Of a stretch of DNA of 64,000 nucleotides, positions 1 to 13,440 are shown one piece after another. The notes under the pieces are model-generated. The model did not search any database, was not told the DNA's origin, and saw only the letters and a program-made list of their open reading frames with translations. The DNA comes from Lama glama (taxonomy: Eukaryota). Within the stretch, counting starts at the first letter, position 1; every line of letters starts with the position of its first letter. Made by a program: the position numbers and the translations under genes. The stretch is taken from NCBI GenBank assembly GCA_028534125.1, contig CM052817.1, positions 3,722,001-3,786,000 on the forward strand, given 5' to 3'.

Positions 1-339
1 CTCTCTGCTGAATTCTTCCCAACTTTAAAGGAAGAAATACACAAACTCTTTCAGAGAACAAACCTTTTAATCCCCTCCACACACACTCAAATCAAATTTA
101 TTAGGATGCTCAATGAATACATTTACAAGTGTTACTCACCAAGAAAAAACCAGCACTTTCTGATGCCCTTAGAGGATCATTTGACATGGAGTATGTGTGC
201 ACACTTTAAAAATTCCTGCAAAAGCTTTTTATTTTTTTTAATTCATATACAAGAAAACTGACTTTTTGGTGTACAGTTCTGAGTTTTAATACATTGGTCA
301 GTTCATTTAACTACCACAGAAAAGTCTTACAGAAACTCT

Positions 340-2480
340 GAGAAAACAGAAGGCGGAACATTCCTCAACCCATTTGATAAGGTCAGCATAATAATCTTGG
401 TACCAAAACTTGACAAGAACATTATAAGAAAGGAAAATTACAGGCTATACTCTTTAACGAACAGAGATAGAAAAAATTTTTAAATATTAGCAAATCAAAT
501 CCAAATCAAATCCAATGACAGACACAAAGGATGATTTATCAAGAACAAGTCGGGATTATTCTAGGAATGCAAAGGTAGCTTATATAACATTAGAAAAATA
601 TGTTATTCACCACATAAACAAAATAAAGGAGAAAACACATATTACCATGAACAGATACAGGGGAAAAAAAGCATTTGACAAACACAACATATTCATGATG
701 CTTTTAAACTATAAAACTAGGAATAAAAGGGATCTTCCTTAATCTAATAAAAGGTATTCAATTTAAAGTAAGGTATCTGATAAAAGGTATCTTACTGCAA
801 AAATCACACTTAATAGGGGCAACGGTAAAAGCTTTCCCAGGGACCAGTACCACTTCAATTCAGCATTGCATGGGAATTCCTAGTCATGCAATAAAGCAAG
901 AAAACTAAATAAAAGTGTAAGAATCGGAAAGAAACAAAACTCATCCACAGACAACGTGATTTTTCTACACATAAAATCCAAAGGATCCATAAACTATTAG
1001 AACTGAATTTAGCAAGACCACAGGTTTCAAGCTCTACACACAAAAATTAACTCCATTTCAACATTCATAAAATGGCATTTCTAAAACCATCAAAAATAAC
1101 AAATGTCTTGGAATAAAGTTAATGAAAGAAACACAAAAGCTTTACATTAAAAAACTATAAAATATTGTGGAGAAATTAAAGAAAACCTAAATAAATGGAA
1201 GGGCGTACCATATTCAGAGATCAAAAGTCTACACATAGTAAAAAATGACCCACAGTTTCACAGTAATCCCACACAAAACCACAGTAGATTCTTTGCGGTA
1301 ACTGCCCAAATGATCTGTAAATTTCTATGGAAATGAAAAGGGCCTAGAATAACCAAAACAATGTTAAAGAACAAAGCAAGAGGGCTTACTCTGTTAGCTA
1401 TCAAGACCTATTTTATAGGTCTTGAATATTAGTGAAAGAAAAAATAAATGATGGAACATATATGGTCACCTGGTTTATTTCAAAGGTTCGGGGGAATGGC
1501 GACCTTTATAATAAATAAAAATTATCCGCTCACTACCTCACACTATACAGAAAATTAATTCTGATGGATCATGGATCTAGTTGGTAACAGCAAAACAAAG
1601 CTTCTAGAAGATAACAGAATTTCTTAACAGGATGCAAAAGGCACTAATTGTAAAAAGAAAAATTCTGTAAAGCTGAATTCATTACAATTAAGCAATTCTG
1701 TTAAGAAAGCAAAATTCAAAAACATTATTAGAATAAAAACAAAAGCCATAGTGCAGAAGGTACCGCAATACACGTATCTCACAAGGGACTCTCATCCTGA
1801 ACATACAAAGTATGCCTGCAAATCAGTAAGACAACCTCAGACAGCAAGCAGGTCACACCAGATGAGTCCACATGGTAAGATATGAAAAAGTGCATTGAAT
1901 CATTAGTCATCGGGACATCTAAATTAAAACCACATATCCTTACCCTATTACCAGAATGGCAAAAAGAAAAACAGAAGGCTGACAGCGCTGAGTTTTGGAG
2001 AGGATGTGGAGCACCCCGACCCCCTGCAAGCTGCTAGTGGGAGCACACGCCGGTACCAAAACATGGTAAAGCCACTCGGCAGCATCCACTCGAGCAGACA
2101 GCACTCCCACTCTGAGGTAGATGGCACCAGAAACATTAAGATTAGCACTCCGCCCAGTCGTCAAAAATGGAACAAATCAAACATCCATCCATGGGAGAAC
2201 ACAGAGAGGTACATCCATACAACTGAAAACTATACAGAATGAAGGAAAATGAACCCTGCTGCCACACAGTAACCACCCGGGTGAACCTCGGACAAAGGTG
2301 AGCAAAGAAAGCGGGTCACAAAAGTATGTGCTGTATGGCTCCATTTATCTGAAGTTCCAGAAAAAAAGGAAACCTCAGGTGTGACGACGGAGTCAGAGCA
2401 GTGGTTGCCCTTGGGGCGCGAGGAACTGACCCGGGAGGTACTGGTAACACTCGCCAGTGGGCACTTGTCCCCGTTACCAC
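340..2480 (+). mobile_element. Old, degenerate LINE-1 remnant (3' part of ORF2 plus 3' UTR, L1M-type), antisense to TBC1D14
   Basis: A-rich sequence with L1 ORF2-like motifs (e.g. 'aaaaactataaaatattgtggagaaattaaagaaaacctaaataaatggaa' and 'ttagaactgaatttagcaag'); reading frames are broken. Boundaries are approximate. Confidence 0.75.
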
Positions 2481-3615
2481 ATGACACCTCAGCAAACACC
2501 AAATCAGCTCAAACCACTCTCCTCCAGAGGCTTTCAGGCTGATGGGCCCCAGCCTGCCTAGTCCCTCCTCTGTGCCCCCAGAGCACGTTCACACTGACTG
2601 ATGTCTGACAGCCAGCTGGGGACTGTATTTTGGTTATTCACGCATCACCTCCCACTACAAAGTGGGGGTGGGGACCCTACCCTGAGGCCTGGCATAAAAC
2701 CTGCTGGATATGCTGCATTAACAGGTAATTCATTAACTAACCCTGAAACACACTCCCGCCTGTGTGCCCTCACTGATAAGTCAGAGTCCAAAACAAAACC
2801 CAGTGTTCCCCTGCATCACAACCTTCTTGGAATCGCCTTCAGACACTCCCAACAGTTAAATATAGGAAGGAAAAATTAAACAGGGATGCATTCTCTAACA
2901 TCAGCCTAGGTTTCCACAAGGAGAGAAAGAAGGCAGGGAAAAAATGCCTATGCAATGCAGTACAGAACGCTACTAAGGGGAAAAACACATGTATTCTTCA
3001 TTTCCAACTGAATACTAAAAAAGAGGGAAAGCAGAGGCACTAGGTAGTAACAGTCTGTAAGCACCACAAACCACGAGGGGTCTGGGGATCAGGGTGAAAT
3101 GACTACGTTCTTTCAATTTCCGGGAACTTAAGGAGTAAGATCTGGCCCAAGGTGGAAAAGGCATACACAGAATTCAGAATCAGGCAGACCTGGGCTCAAA
3201 CCCCAGCTTCGTAACAAGCTGCCTGACTTTGGGTAAGAAATGAACTGCTCAGTTTTCTCAGAGGAAGTGAGGTACCACCACTCAGGTACCTGTCCTGTGA
3301 CTCTTAAGGGTGCTTATTACTAACACTAAATTTATTCATTATATACGGCCAAGCTTCGAATCTCATCTAATCTTAACCCTATTCATGAATGTTATTTTTT
3401 TTAATTCAACAAATACGTACTGAGCACTGACCATGTTCCAGGCACTGTGCCAAGTTCAAGGAATACAATCACCGAAGACCAGAGACACAGGTCCCCATGT
3501 TCTAGGGACTTATCTATGATTTTCCTCAAGATGAGGAAATTCAGAGACATAACCTTGACTAAGGTCACCCAGTAAACTGAAGGGCTGGATTTGGACTTCA
3601 GTCCATATTTCCCAC

Positions 3616-3776
3616 GGATGGTTCTCAACTAGAATCTCCTAGGGAGGTTTTTAAAAACTCCTAAAGCCCAGATCTCACCCTAAGCCAATTAAAACTGATC
3701 TTTGAGGGCGGGGCCTGGATTTTTTTTTTTAATTATCCTGGACAATTCTATTGTGCTGCAATGGCTAAGAACTTTG
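3616..3776. mobile_element. MER5-like hAT-Charlie MITE remnant
   Basis: Ends 'ggttctcaac...ctaagaact' and internal 'gaatctcctagggaggtttttaaaa...ggggcctgg' resemble MER5A/B. Confidence 0.55.
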
Positions 3777-3862
3777 CTCCTTAACTAATAAATGTTCCCT
3801 TCTCATGCCATCTCTTTTCTTTAGTTGATGCTTTAATTTATATGGATTTAAGAGTAACATCT

Positions 3863-3977
3863 TTCCAGCAGTTTCCATGAACAGTGAATTACTTTTAGAT
3901 TTTGCTTTAAACAATTCCAACAATTTCCATGAAGAGTGAATTACTTTCAGATTTTGCTTTAAACAATTCCAACAATT
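3863..3977. repeat. 52-bp tandem duplication (~2.2 copies)
   Basis: Copies start at 3863, 3915 and 3967 (partial); the two full copies differ at 4 positions. Confidence 0.95.
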
Positions 3978-6730
3978 CTACTCACTAAAGTAAAAGCAAA
4001 TTGTGAACACCTGCCTGACACTGTAAATTTTCCTAGTGTCTTCCAATCTCCTGTTTCCACTGATCCAGGCTATATGTGGATTCCTAACTCAGGTAGCTTT
4101 TAGAGCCCACCTGAGTGTGCCCTCTCCCTCCACTGCAGCAAATCCAGGCCATGCCCTCCCTTGGAACCCAGCAGATCCCTGGTCTCATATGGAAAATGCC
4201 TAGCCCAGAGCATGACATGAAGCAGCTGCCCGTGTGGATTGAAAGAAACCAGTCTCTCACATGTGGCTCCAGAACAAGAGTCCACACCGTTACAGTGGAC
4301 AGAACCAAGCCATATTCTGCTAATGTTCCAGGGCCAATCAAGAACAGCAGGCATCAGGGATCAAGGATGACTAAGACCCAGGCCCTGCCCTTGAGGGACT
4401 CACAGTAAGAGCAAGACACACAGAACAAAACTAGACCAAACTGAGGCTGCAGGAACAGAGAGCGGCATGCCTGGAGGAGGCTGCCCCTGCCTTGGTGATG
4501 AAAGGAAAGGTGCACAGAAGAGGTGTCAGCTGTGCAGGGCCTTAAAGATGTTCAGAAATTGGCCAAGGGGACACAGGGCAGAGGAGAGGGCATCTCAGGC
4601 AAAGGCAGGGAAGTGTGAACCTGCAATGCTGGGCTCAGAGTCAGTCCCACGAGCCAGAGCAAGGGTCCAGGAAAAGGAGAGGAGGAAACCAAAGGTATCT
4701 GCATTATGTAGACAGCAGGACCTGGTAAGACAAATCTTTCCACACTTCAATTTACTGTAACCTGAGACCTGAGCTGTGAGCAATTCAAACCGTCCAGCAG
4801 CCCTTGTTGAGAGTTTCCTCATTCATAAAACAGAGGTTGGATTTTTCACTGCCAGTAAACTTGCATCAAGCACAGGGGCTCCTGGAGGCTCGCTGTCATC
4901 ACCTCAGGAGAGGGCAGATCCAAGTGGACTAGGTGTCAGGACCACAGTTAGGAAGCAAGAAGCACTTCTGGGATTCTGTCCCAGGAAATCACCTGAAATG
5001 CAGACACTGCACACTACATGAACACAGGTAATTTTATCACCCAAAAGCGGGAACAAAAACCATTTCCTTATTGTTGGATAAGTAAATGATTCACTGGATG
5101 GAATGCCACAAAGACATTAATAAGTGTATGAAGAATTAATTTTTAATTATGTAGGAAAAAGTTTTCCATAAGTAAAAAGTTTGCAGGATACCAAACAGCA
5201 CACATTCTTATGTTTAAAATTCATAGAAAATCTGTAAGGAAATACAGCAAGAAAAGAAAACTAGTAGTAGGTATAAAAGTGAAAAGGACAAACATAGAAT
5301 GATGAACATAAAAAGCCAAAATTTTCCTACATGTTTTTAAACAACGAGAAGCTTTATGAAAACATATGTAAAAACATTTAACATAAAAAAAAAAAAAACT
5401 CTCAGAAAAACATGCCAGTTTTGCAGACACCACAGGTGCGGACGTCACATGAGTCATCTGAAACCCACACCACTGGGTGACCTGCTGCGGGAGACCAAAC
5501 TTTTAGGAAGGGCCTTCTCTCAAATTCTAGAACAATAATATAACCGAAAAGGGAAATATTTAGATTTTAAAAGTGTACCAGATCTCTTTATTTAGATTTA
5601 TAGTCTATCCCTCATTCACTTAAGATTATTTATTGAGCATCTACCAAGTGCCTGCTTCGGCTAGGAAAACAGAATGAATAAGACGTAGCTCCTGCCTTCC
5701 GGAAGCTCACTGTTGAGGGAGGCTGCAGAGGGTGTCAGGGCTGCCTCAAAATAAGTTCAGGGACCATGAGATCCAAATGAGGGGTCTGGAAGGGGTTAGG
5801 GTGATCAAAGAAGGCTTCTCAGAAGGGGTGTCACTTCAGCTGAATCCTAGAGGACAACAGAAGTTTGTCAGGCAGAGGAAGCAGAACGGGCAGAGATAAG
5901 ACACGGTTGGTTCAGAGACTCTAACTAACGAGCTCAGTCTTTGTGGCTGTGGCACAGGATGGGAGCTGGAGGCCAGAGAGGTGGACAGGGCTGGATCCAG
6001 AATGCTTCCTATGTCAGTTTTGGAGTTTATGCCGCAGGTGGTGAGAACTACCATTTAAGCAAGAGAATGACAGAATATTCAACTGATCGACTCCAGGCAC
6101 TCAGTTCTCATGAAGAAGGAAGAAAGGGGAAGTGGGAATCAAGAAAAATGGTCCCCAAAAAGGGCTGCCTGAGGCTCCTAGCTCTTCACCAAGCCCGGTT
6201 CCTCATTATCCTGGGCACTGGTCCCATTTCCCAACGTCCCTTACAGGTAGGTGTGGTCACAGGATGGAGTTCCAGCAGATAAACTGCGAATGGAATGATG
6301 GGTACGGCTTCAAGTGTGCCTAGCCCAGAACACCTCCCACGTCCAGCCCCTGCAGGCTCCTTCTCCTCTCTGGCTTGATGCAGAGGGGCCCAGAGTCCTC
6401 ACGATGAAATCGCCAGAGTCACAAGAAAGAACGAACTTGGGAGGGTATAGGAAAAAACTTCCACTGTGTCTAAGCCATTATATGTATTTCAAGTTTGTTA
6501 CATATTCATGTGTTCTCCCCACAAACTTTGACCATCACTCAATTTCTCCTGCTTTAAAAACAACTGCTGTCAAAGGAACTTCTAAAAGGAATGAAGCCTG
6601 TTCATTTCAGGGTAAAGTCTCAGAGTAACTGAACAGGTGCCAGGCTGAGGGCTGAGCCAGGAAATAATTTTTCCTCATCTTACTTGCCTCTCACCCTTTT
6701 CTTCCTCCTCATACCAGGCTCCCTTCCACC

Positions 6731-6983
6731 TGTGGACAAAAAAACGTTGGCTGCCATTTCAGCAAACAAGGAATGCTGCAGCTATCAAGCCCAGCAGTGC
6801 ACCCTGAGAGGACTCAGGACAGAGAAAAACCAGAGACTGGCCTAGGTAGTCAAGACACGTATCAAAGGAGCAATTTCAATCAGCCCAGACTCTTGCATCT
6901 TCCCATACATAGAAACGCACTAAAATCATTAACCTGAGATGTCTGTTTTTTTGTGATTAGCAGTAATCTTTTGTGCTACATGG

Positions 6984-7019
<36 letters not shown>

Positions 7020-7182
7020 CCCCAGCAGAAAACTCCTATGTATCCTGGCTCCTCCCTTACCTCTTCGGAACAGCCCCTCAGAGCTATCTGAGAGGCTGCC
7101 TTCCCGAGCTACAGTCCTCAGTAAGGCCCCCAAATAAAACGTAATTCTCTACTTTTAGACTGCGCATTATTTTTGGTCGACA
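6731..7182 (+). mobile_element. Solo endogenous-retrovirus LTR (probably ERV1 class), antisense to TBC1D14
   Basis: 452 bp with TG...CA termini and an imperfect inverted repeat (TGTGGAC / GTCGACA); AATAAA at 7133-7138, about 45 nt before the end; LTR-like R/U5 sequence. Confidence 0.75.
6985..7014. repeat. (TG)15 microsatellite inside the LTR
   Basis: Seen directly in the sequence. Confidence 0.95.
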
Positions 7183-9315
7183 CCTCTGCAGGACATGAAC
7201 TGGGAGGCGGAGTCCATGCTATCTTAACCCTTTCCTCTGTACACCCCTTTCCTGGTATGAAATGTGTTGAACACACAAATCTGAAACCTAAAGGAAACTG
7301 GGACTTAATTCCAAACTCTAATTTTCAAATCCCTGCAGACAGTTACTACTCCCTGTAACCCTGTACAGAGCCTGGATTTGCCTCGGGCTGGAAGCAAAGG
7401 GGAATTAACAGGAAAACTAGACTGTTGTGGGGCCCAAAGTGGCGATTGGGCAAATCTGGATGACTCATCATTGTTCCATATACAGGGCCTTACAGGAATC
7501 CCGAGACAAACCACAACTACTCACAACAAAGAATCAGCAAAACTGGAATTGAAACAACTCTCAGCTACAAACCCAGCTCACTCAACATAAACAGGAACTA
7601 GCTGATTTGATGTGGCAATCTAGTAAGATGTGCCGACCAAAAACACAAAAGGCATAAAAGAATTTAATGTTAGCTGTATCAAATATTCGGTGTCCCACAA
7701 ACAAACACTTTCAGAATAGATACTATTCAAGGTAGAAAACAGAATAAGATAGTTTCAATTGTTGAATCATTCCACCAACATTTTTTAAGTAGAACAGATC
7801 TTATATCCACCTGGGGAAAGGGAAGTTAATTTATAAGCAGAAAGTAGCTGGTGGCTGAAGAACTGCTTTGCGGGAATGGGTTTGCCTGTGGGTTTCTCAG
7901 AACCCCACAAACTCTTATGCTCCCACAAGATGTCCTGCATTTTGTACTGAATCACCCCTCCCAGGCTGACCACAGCTTCAACTTCCATAAAGATGCAGTG
8001 TGTGATCTCCAGATGGTGTCTGTACAGAGCGTGTTTCATAAACTCAGGAAGCCAAATGAATCCTGCAAAGAACAAACACAGTGTCCTCTTCCCCGACTCA
8101 CCAAAACCACCTTGCTTGTGGCTGTGAAATTTCTAAGGACTTTCACCTTCCAGAAGTCAGGGCAGACCCGCCGCAGAGAAATCAGTGCAGCCCATGCGGT
8201 TTATCAGGAACACCATCTGGCTACTGAGTGGGACAAATAAACAGATGTGCAGGCTGAAGATGCTCTTTCTTGGCTCGCTCCAGGCCCCTCCTGAACGTTA
8301 CTAACTCCAACACTCCGCAGTGAGAAGTCCCTGCCCTGCCCACGTGAGGCAAACAGGAATTTCAACGTCAGCACCCAACAATAAGTGGCTGAATTTAAAA
8401 GGTTTCTTTCCTCAGATACAGACAAGTTTCCCAACCCACAAATGGGAAGGCAACAGATCATCAAACCCAGCTGGGGTTTCCCAGAATACCTTCCCGCTCC
8501 CTTAAGACACACACTTAGCAGCGCTGGCTAGACCGCAGAAAAACTAACTGGCGGCCTGCTTTCAGTCACGTCAAAAGGCCGAAGAAATCCACCGGCATCC
8601 ACCCTTCAGGACGGATGGAGCCCTTTGTTTCTCTGTTTTCCCTTTTCTGCTGCTCATCTCCTGGGCAAGTTGGCACTTACTAGCATTCGTTCATTCATTC
8701 ATTCAAGCAAGAAGCAGAAAAAAGATCCCTGATGAGTTCTAGCGAGAGCGCAGCACCAACCACTGTGCCAAGCACTTTATTACACGTGTTGCCTCGTTAA
8801 TTGTCACTTCAGAGATAAGGAAACTAAGGTTCAGGAAAATAAAGCAACTTGCCCGCCACCCAGCTAGAAGGGCAGAACGGCTACTGGCATCTTTGGCTCT
8901 ACAACTGCACTCTCTGAATCTGCACTGAGCCCGCTGGAGGCACAACAGACACCTCCAGAACACACGTCAGAGGGGCAGCTCCTCCCTCTCCACTCTTCAG
9001 TGTCTCAGTGAGTGTGCCCGGAGCTGCGGGCAGCGTCAGACGGGGCGGCGCGGGAGCGCCACGACACCCTGCAAGCCCCAGTCCAGAGGAGGAAGCGGCT
9101 CGGCCCTCTGCACCCCGCCCGCCTTACTAGCAGGCCACCCGGCCTGTTTCCTCCCTCTCCCCAAGGGGTCCCGCAGGCTCTTTCTGCAGGCTCCCCCTGG
9201 CTTCATTCACCTCATTACTGATTCGATTATTTCACAACCATGTGCTGCTTTCAGACATAAGAATAAAGGCTAAAATTAAAGTTACAGACTGTCATCTGGA
9301 CCATCTCTACCAGCC

Positions 9316-9440
9316 CTGGACTGGACAACAGAACGTTCCACCATGATGGGAATGGATAAATCCAAGCTGTCCCATGTGGCAGGCACTGGCCACGAGTGGC
9401 TACTGAGCTCTGGAACGTGGCTAGTGTGGCTAAGGAACTG
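9316..9440 (+). mobile_element. MER3 hAT-Charlie DNA transposon fragment
   Basis: 'gcactggccacgagtggctactgagctctggaacgtggctagtgtggctaaggaactg' resembles the recalled MER3 consensus. Confidence 0.7.
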
Positions 9441-11259
9441 CCGTGGAACCAGAGATGTGGAGCCCACTGGTCTGTTTCTCGAGAAGATGGGTATAGGTCA
9501 GTGGAGGTCACAAGACACAGACATTTGAAAAACAAGGCAAGTCCTCACCAGCCTCAGAACCTTTGTATTTAACATTGTCCTTCTGCCAGAACATTCTTCT
9601 TCCTCATCTTGCTCGGATCTCTGCTCAAATGTCACCTGCTCAGTGAGGCCCTTCCCAACCATTCTATTTAAAATGGAACCCCCCCCACCCCAATCCTCTG
9701 CCAGCCCTCATCCCTCTCCCAGCACCCTGCTTCTGATTTCTCCCCAGCACTTAGAGCCTGACATGGACCATCTCCTGGAGTCGTGTGGCATCAGTGGACT
9801 ATAAGCGCCACACAGTAGTTTAGTTGGAAGAAAGGGAGCAGAGGGTCCCAGGGAGGTATTCACTGAGGAAATGAGTGGCATCTGAATTCAACTATTTGAC
9901 AAGCACCTACTGAGTTCTAACTAGGTGCCAGCATGCAATGAGACACAGTCCCTCAAGGGGCACCCAGGCTGGGGGCACCCATGGGATGACACTGCACAGT
10001 GGCAGCTGCCATGGCAACCACAAGAGCTAGGAGCCGTGGAACCACAGCAAAGGGAACCCCACTCCTGAGATTCTTCGCACGCAGTAGGGAGGGGCAGAAC
10101 CTCCTCCAGGAGGGGTCACCAGGCCTGTGGGAGGAAAGCAGGCGCTGCAAGCAGATGAGACAATGATTCCAGATCACATTACGACCACCTGGCCCAACTC
10201 TCTGTTTGACATATGGGAACATAGCACCTGCAAGGTGCAGGGAGTGAGTGGCAGAGCCAGGGCAGTTTCCTGCTGCCGAGGAAGAGGTCACCATCTGATG
10301 CCTGGAGGCCTTCGATTAGGTTTCTGCAGCCCCTTTCCACACATGGCTCCCATTGAGCACATACCCGCCCAGGAAATGAAAGCCGCTGGTAAGTCACTGC
10401 ACACCTGGGCCTTCACTTGTGCAGACCCCACGCTGCCCTCAGGTGGGCTCCAGCGCCGACAGACATTCTGGGAACTGCGGCTGCAGTGGGGGCACTCTCA
10501 GACCTCAAACAAGCAGGAGATGGGGCCCACCAGAAGAAGGGTAGCCGAACCCCCAGCACCGGGCAGCACATGAGCTCTGGGAGCCACCCCTCTGTGTGAA
10601 CAAGGGCTCCTGGGGCACAAAGAAGGCCCCCGAGGCTGCTCCCACGTGGAGGCTGCACCAGCCCCCGGACAGTGGTTAAGCATCTGCAGGAACGAGTCAG
10701 GGTGCACGATGCGACTGCCCAGAGTAGAGCTTTACCGTCAGACAGGCTGGGCTTGGGGTGGAGGAGGGCCGACCCCCTCCAAGCCCCACTGCCAACTAGC
10801 TGTGGGACCATAAGCCTACCTGTCTGCACACTGAGGACACCTCCACCAAACGCAAGCCTTCTGTCTCTCCAACTGGCTCCTCTGGTTTCCCAATCAACCG
10901 GGGTCTCTGCTGATCCTCCTGTTTCACTGTCCCACACCCTCCGGATATCCCCTACCCCTCACTCAGCTTGAAGGCCAGGTCACACTCTTACACGTACTCT
11001 CAACCCCGCTGCCTGCCTCTCATTTCACTGGACTCACTCAGCAAAACTACAACTCCGCAGGGAACATACTGCAGAAGAGGAAGAGGCACTGCCTGCTGCT
11101 CCCCAGCCCTTTCCCCTCCCACCGCCTCCATGGCATCCACTCCTCTTCATCTCTTTCTTGTGCCTCAAACCCCAGCGCTCCATCCCCACTGTCACCAGCA
11201 GCTGAGGACCTTGCTTCCTACTTCACCAAGAAAGTGAAGCAACAGAAAGAGACTTTCCA

Positions 11260-12095
11260 TGGACAACACCAAATGCTGGTGAGGACGTGGAGCAGGAGAA
11301 CTCTCACTCGCTGCTGGTGGGAATGCAGAAAGGTACGGACACTCCGGAAGGCAGTTGGGACGTTTCCTACAAACCAAACATACATTTACCACTCGGCCCA
11401 GCAATCAGGCTCCCTGGTATTTACCCAAAGGAGCTGGAAACTCATATCCACACAAAAAACCTGCACATACATGTTTATAGTAGCTTCATTCATAATTGCT
11501 AAGCTTGGAAGCAGCCAAGATGTCCTTCAGTAGGTGATGGATAAATAAACTGTGGTCCATCCGGACAGGGAACGTCACTCAGCACTAAAATGAGATGAGC
11601 CAGCAAGGCAGGGAAAGTCACAGAGGGACCGCAAATACATGTTACTCAGCGACAGAAGCCAATCTGAAAAAGCTACAACACTGCATGATTCCAACTCTGT
11701 GACGTTCTGGAAAAGACAAACTATGGAGACATTAGGAAGATCAGCAGGCACCAGGGGTTCGTGGAGAGGGAGGGATGAAGTGGTGGAGCACGGGGGATTT
11801 TGAGGGCAGTGAAACTGCTCTGTGTGATACTATAATGGTGGACACATGGCATTATACATTTGTCCAAACCCACATAACCCGCAACACCAAGAGTGACCCC
11901 TCCTGTAAACCATGGACTTTGGTGATGATGATGTGTCAATCAGATTTGTTGACTGTAACAAGGTACCACTCTGGTGGGGGACGTTGATGGCAGGGAGGCT
12001 GTGCATGCATGTGGGCAGGCGGTATAGGGATCTCTGCTTAATTTTACAGTGAACCTAAAACTGTTCTAAAAAATAAAGTCTGTCTTTTAAAAGGT
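11260..12095 (+). mobile_element. LINE-1 3' end (L1MC/L1MD-like)
   Basis: End of ORF2 ('gacaacaccaaatgctggtgaggacgtggagc') followed by a typical 3' UTR ending 'gtgaacctaaaactgttctaaaaaataaagtct'. Confidence 0.85.
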
Positions 12096-12479
12096 AAATA
12101 AATATGTTGGTAAAAATCTATATTCACATGAATAAAATGATGCAGCACTAAAAACAATACAGTAGTCCACATGCACTGACAGAGAGAGGACTTCCAGACG
12201 TCTACGGCCACACAGAGCCTCCAGCATCTGTGCCCACACACCCGCTCTGCCTCCTGTCCATCTAAGGATCCCACCCAGCTGAAGCCAACTTCTCCACCTG
12301 AGCCCGAGGCCCCGCCCCCGAGGAGGCGGCTCAAGGACAATGCCCAGGTTTCTCCTCTCTCTGGCGTGTTCAACTTCTGCTCTTTTACTAGGGTGTTCTT
12401 AACAGTAAACAAAAACAGTAACAAAAACAGAAAGACTTCTCCAATCTTAAAAAGAGAAAGAAACTTCACACCACTTCTC

Positions 12480-13440
12480 CCTCCAGCTCTCACCCCTTTG
12501 CTCACTCCCCTGTGCAGCTAATCCACCAACAGAGCTGTCTGAGCTCCTGTTTCCAGCTTGTCTCCTCCTGCCCCCTTAAGCCCACTCCAGTTATGCTTCC
12601 ACCTGCACCATGCCTGGCCAAGGTCCTTTCTCGAAAGTCACCTGTCAGTCCTCATCCTCCCTGACCCATCAGCACCCTCGGCCCAGCTGCTCACACCCCT
12701 CTCCCTGACACCCTGTCTTCACCGGGCTTCCTTCGGGGACACGGCACTCCGTTTCCCCCACCTCTCCAGCCCCACCTCCCGGTCTCTGTGACGTTCCTTC
12801 TCTCCTCAGACCTCTCAATGCTCACTCCTCGGTCCTCCTCTCTGTCCACCTCATCTGGTTCCAAACCACCTACGACACCAACAACTCCTAACTTCGATCT
12901 CCTGCTCAGACCCAAGTCCCCAGGTCCAGACCCCTCCATCATCACCCACAGCAGCTGCAGGCCCACGGAGGACCTGGTTCCACGACCTCACCTCTCCTGC
13001 TCCCCCTGGCACACCCCGTCCATCGCAAGGGCCTCTCCACTGTCCCTCAAATGCACTGGGCCTGCGTGTGCCCTTCCCCGGCCTGAGCCGCTCCTCTCCC
13101 AGGTATCTGCTTCGTGAACTTCCTTACCCCCTTTGAGTCTGTGCTTAGCTCTCCCCTCCTCATTCACCTGATGGGCACTGCTCTGGTGGCTCCCCTGACC
13201 AGCCTTTTCCGTAACCTGCCTTCTCCAGCACCCCCGTCCCTCCTACTGCTTCGACTTTCTCATTTTCTTCTTAGCACTTACCGTTGCCAACATATAGGCT
13301 TCATTTATTTATTAACTGTGGTTATCATTTGCCTCCTTCCACTAGAATATCAGCTCTCTGAGGACAAGGGTCTTTGTTTTGTCCACAAATGAATCCCAAG
13401 CACCTGGAACAGTGCCTTGGCATATGCTCGGTAAGCAGTT
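12480..13440 (+). mobile_element. LINE-2 remnant
   Basis: C/T-rich L2-like body ending in the L2 3' motif 'ccactagaatatcagctctctgaggacaaggg...cctggaacagtgccttggcata'. Boundaries are approximate. Confidence 0.65.
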
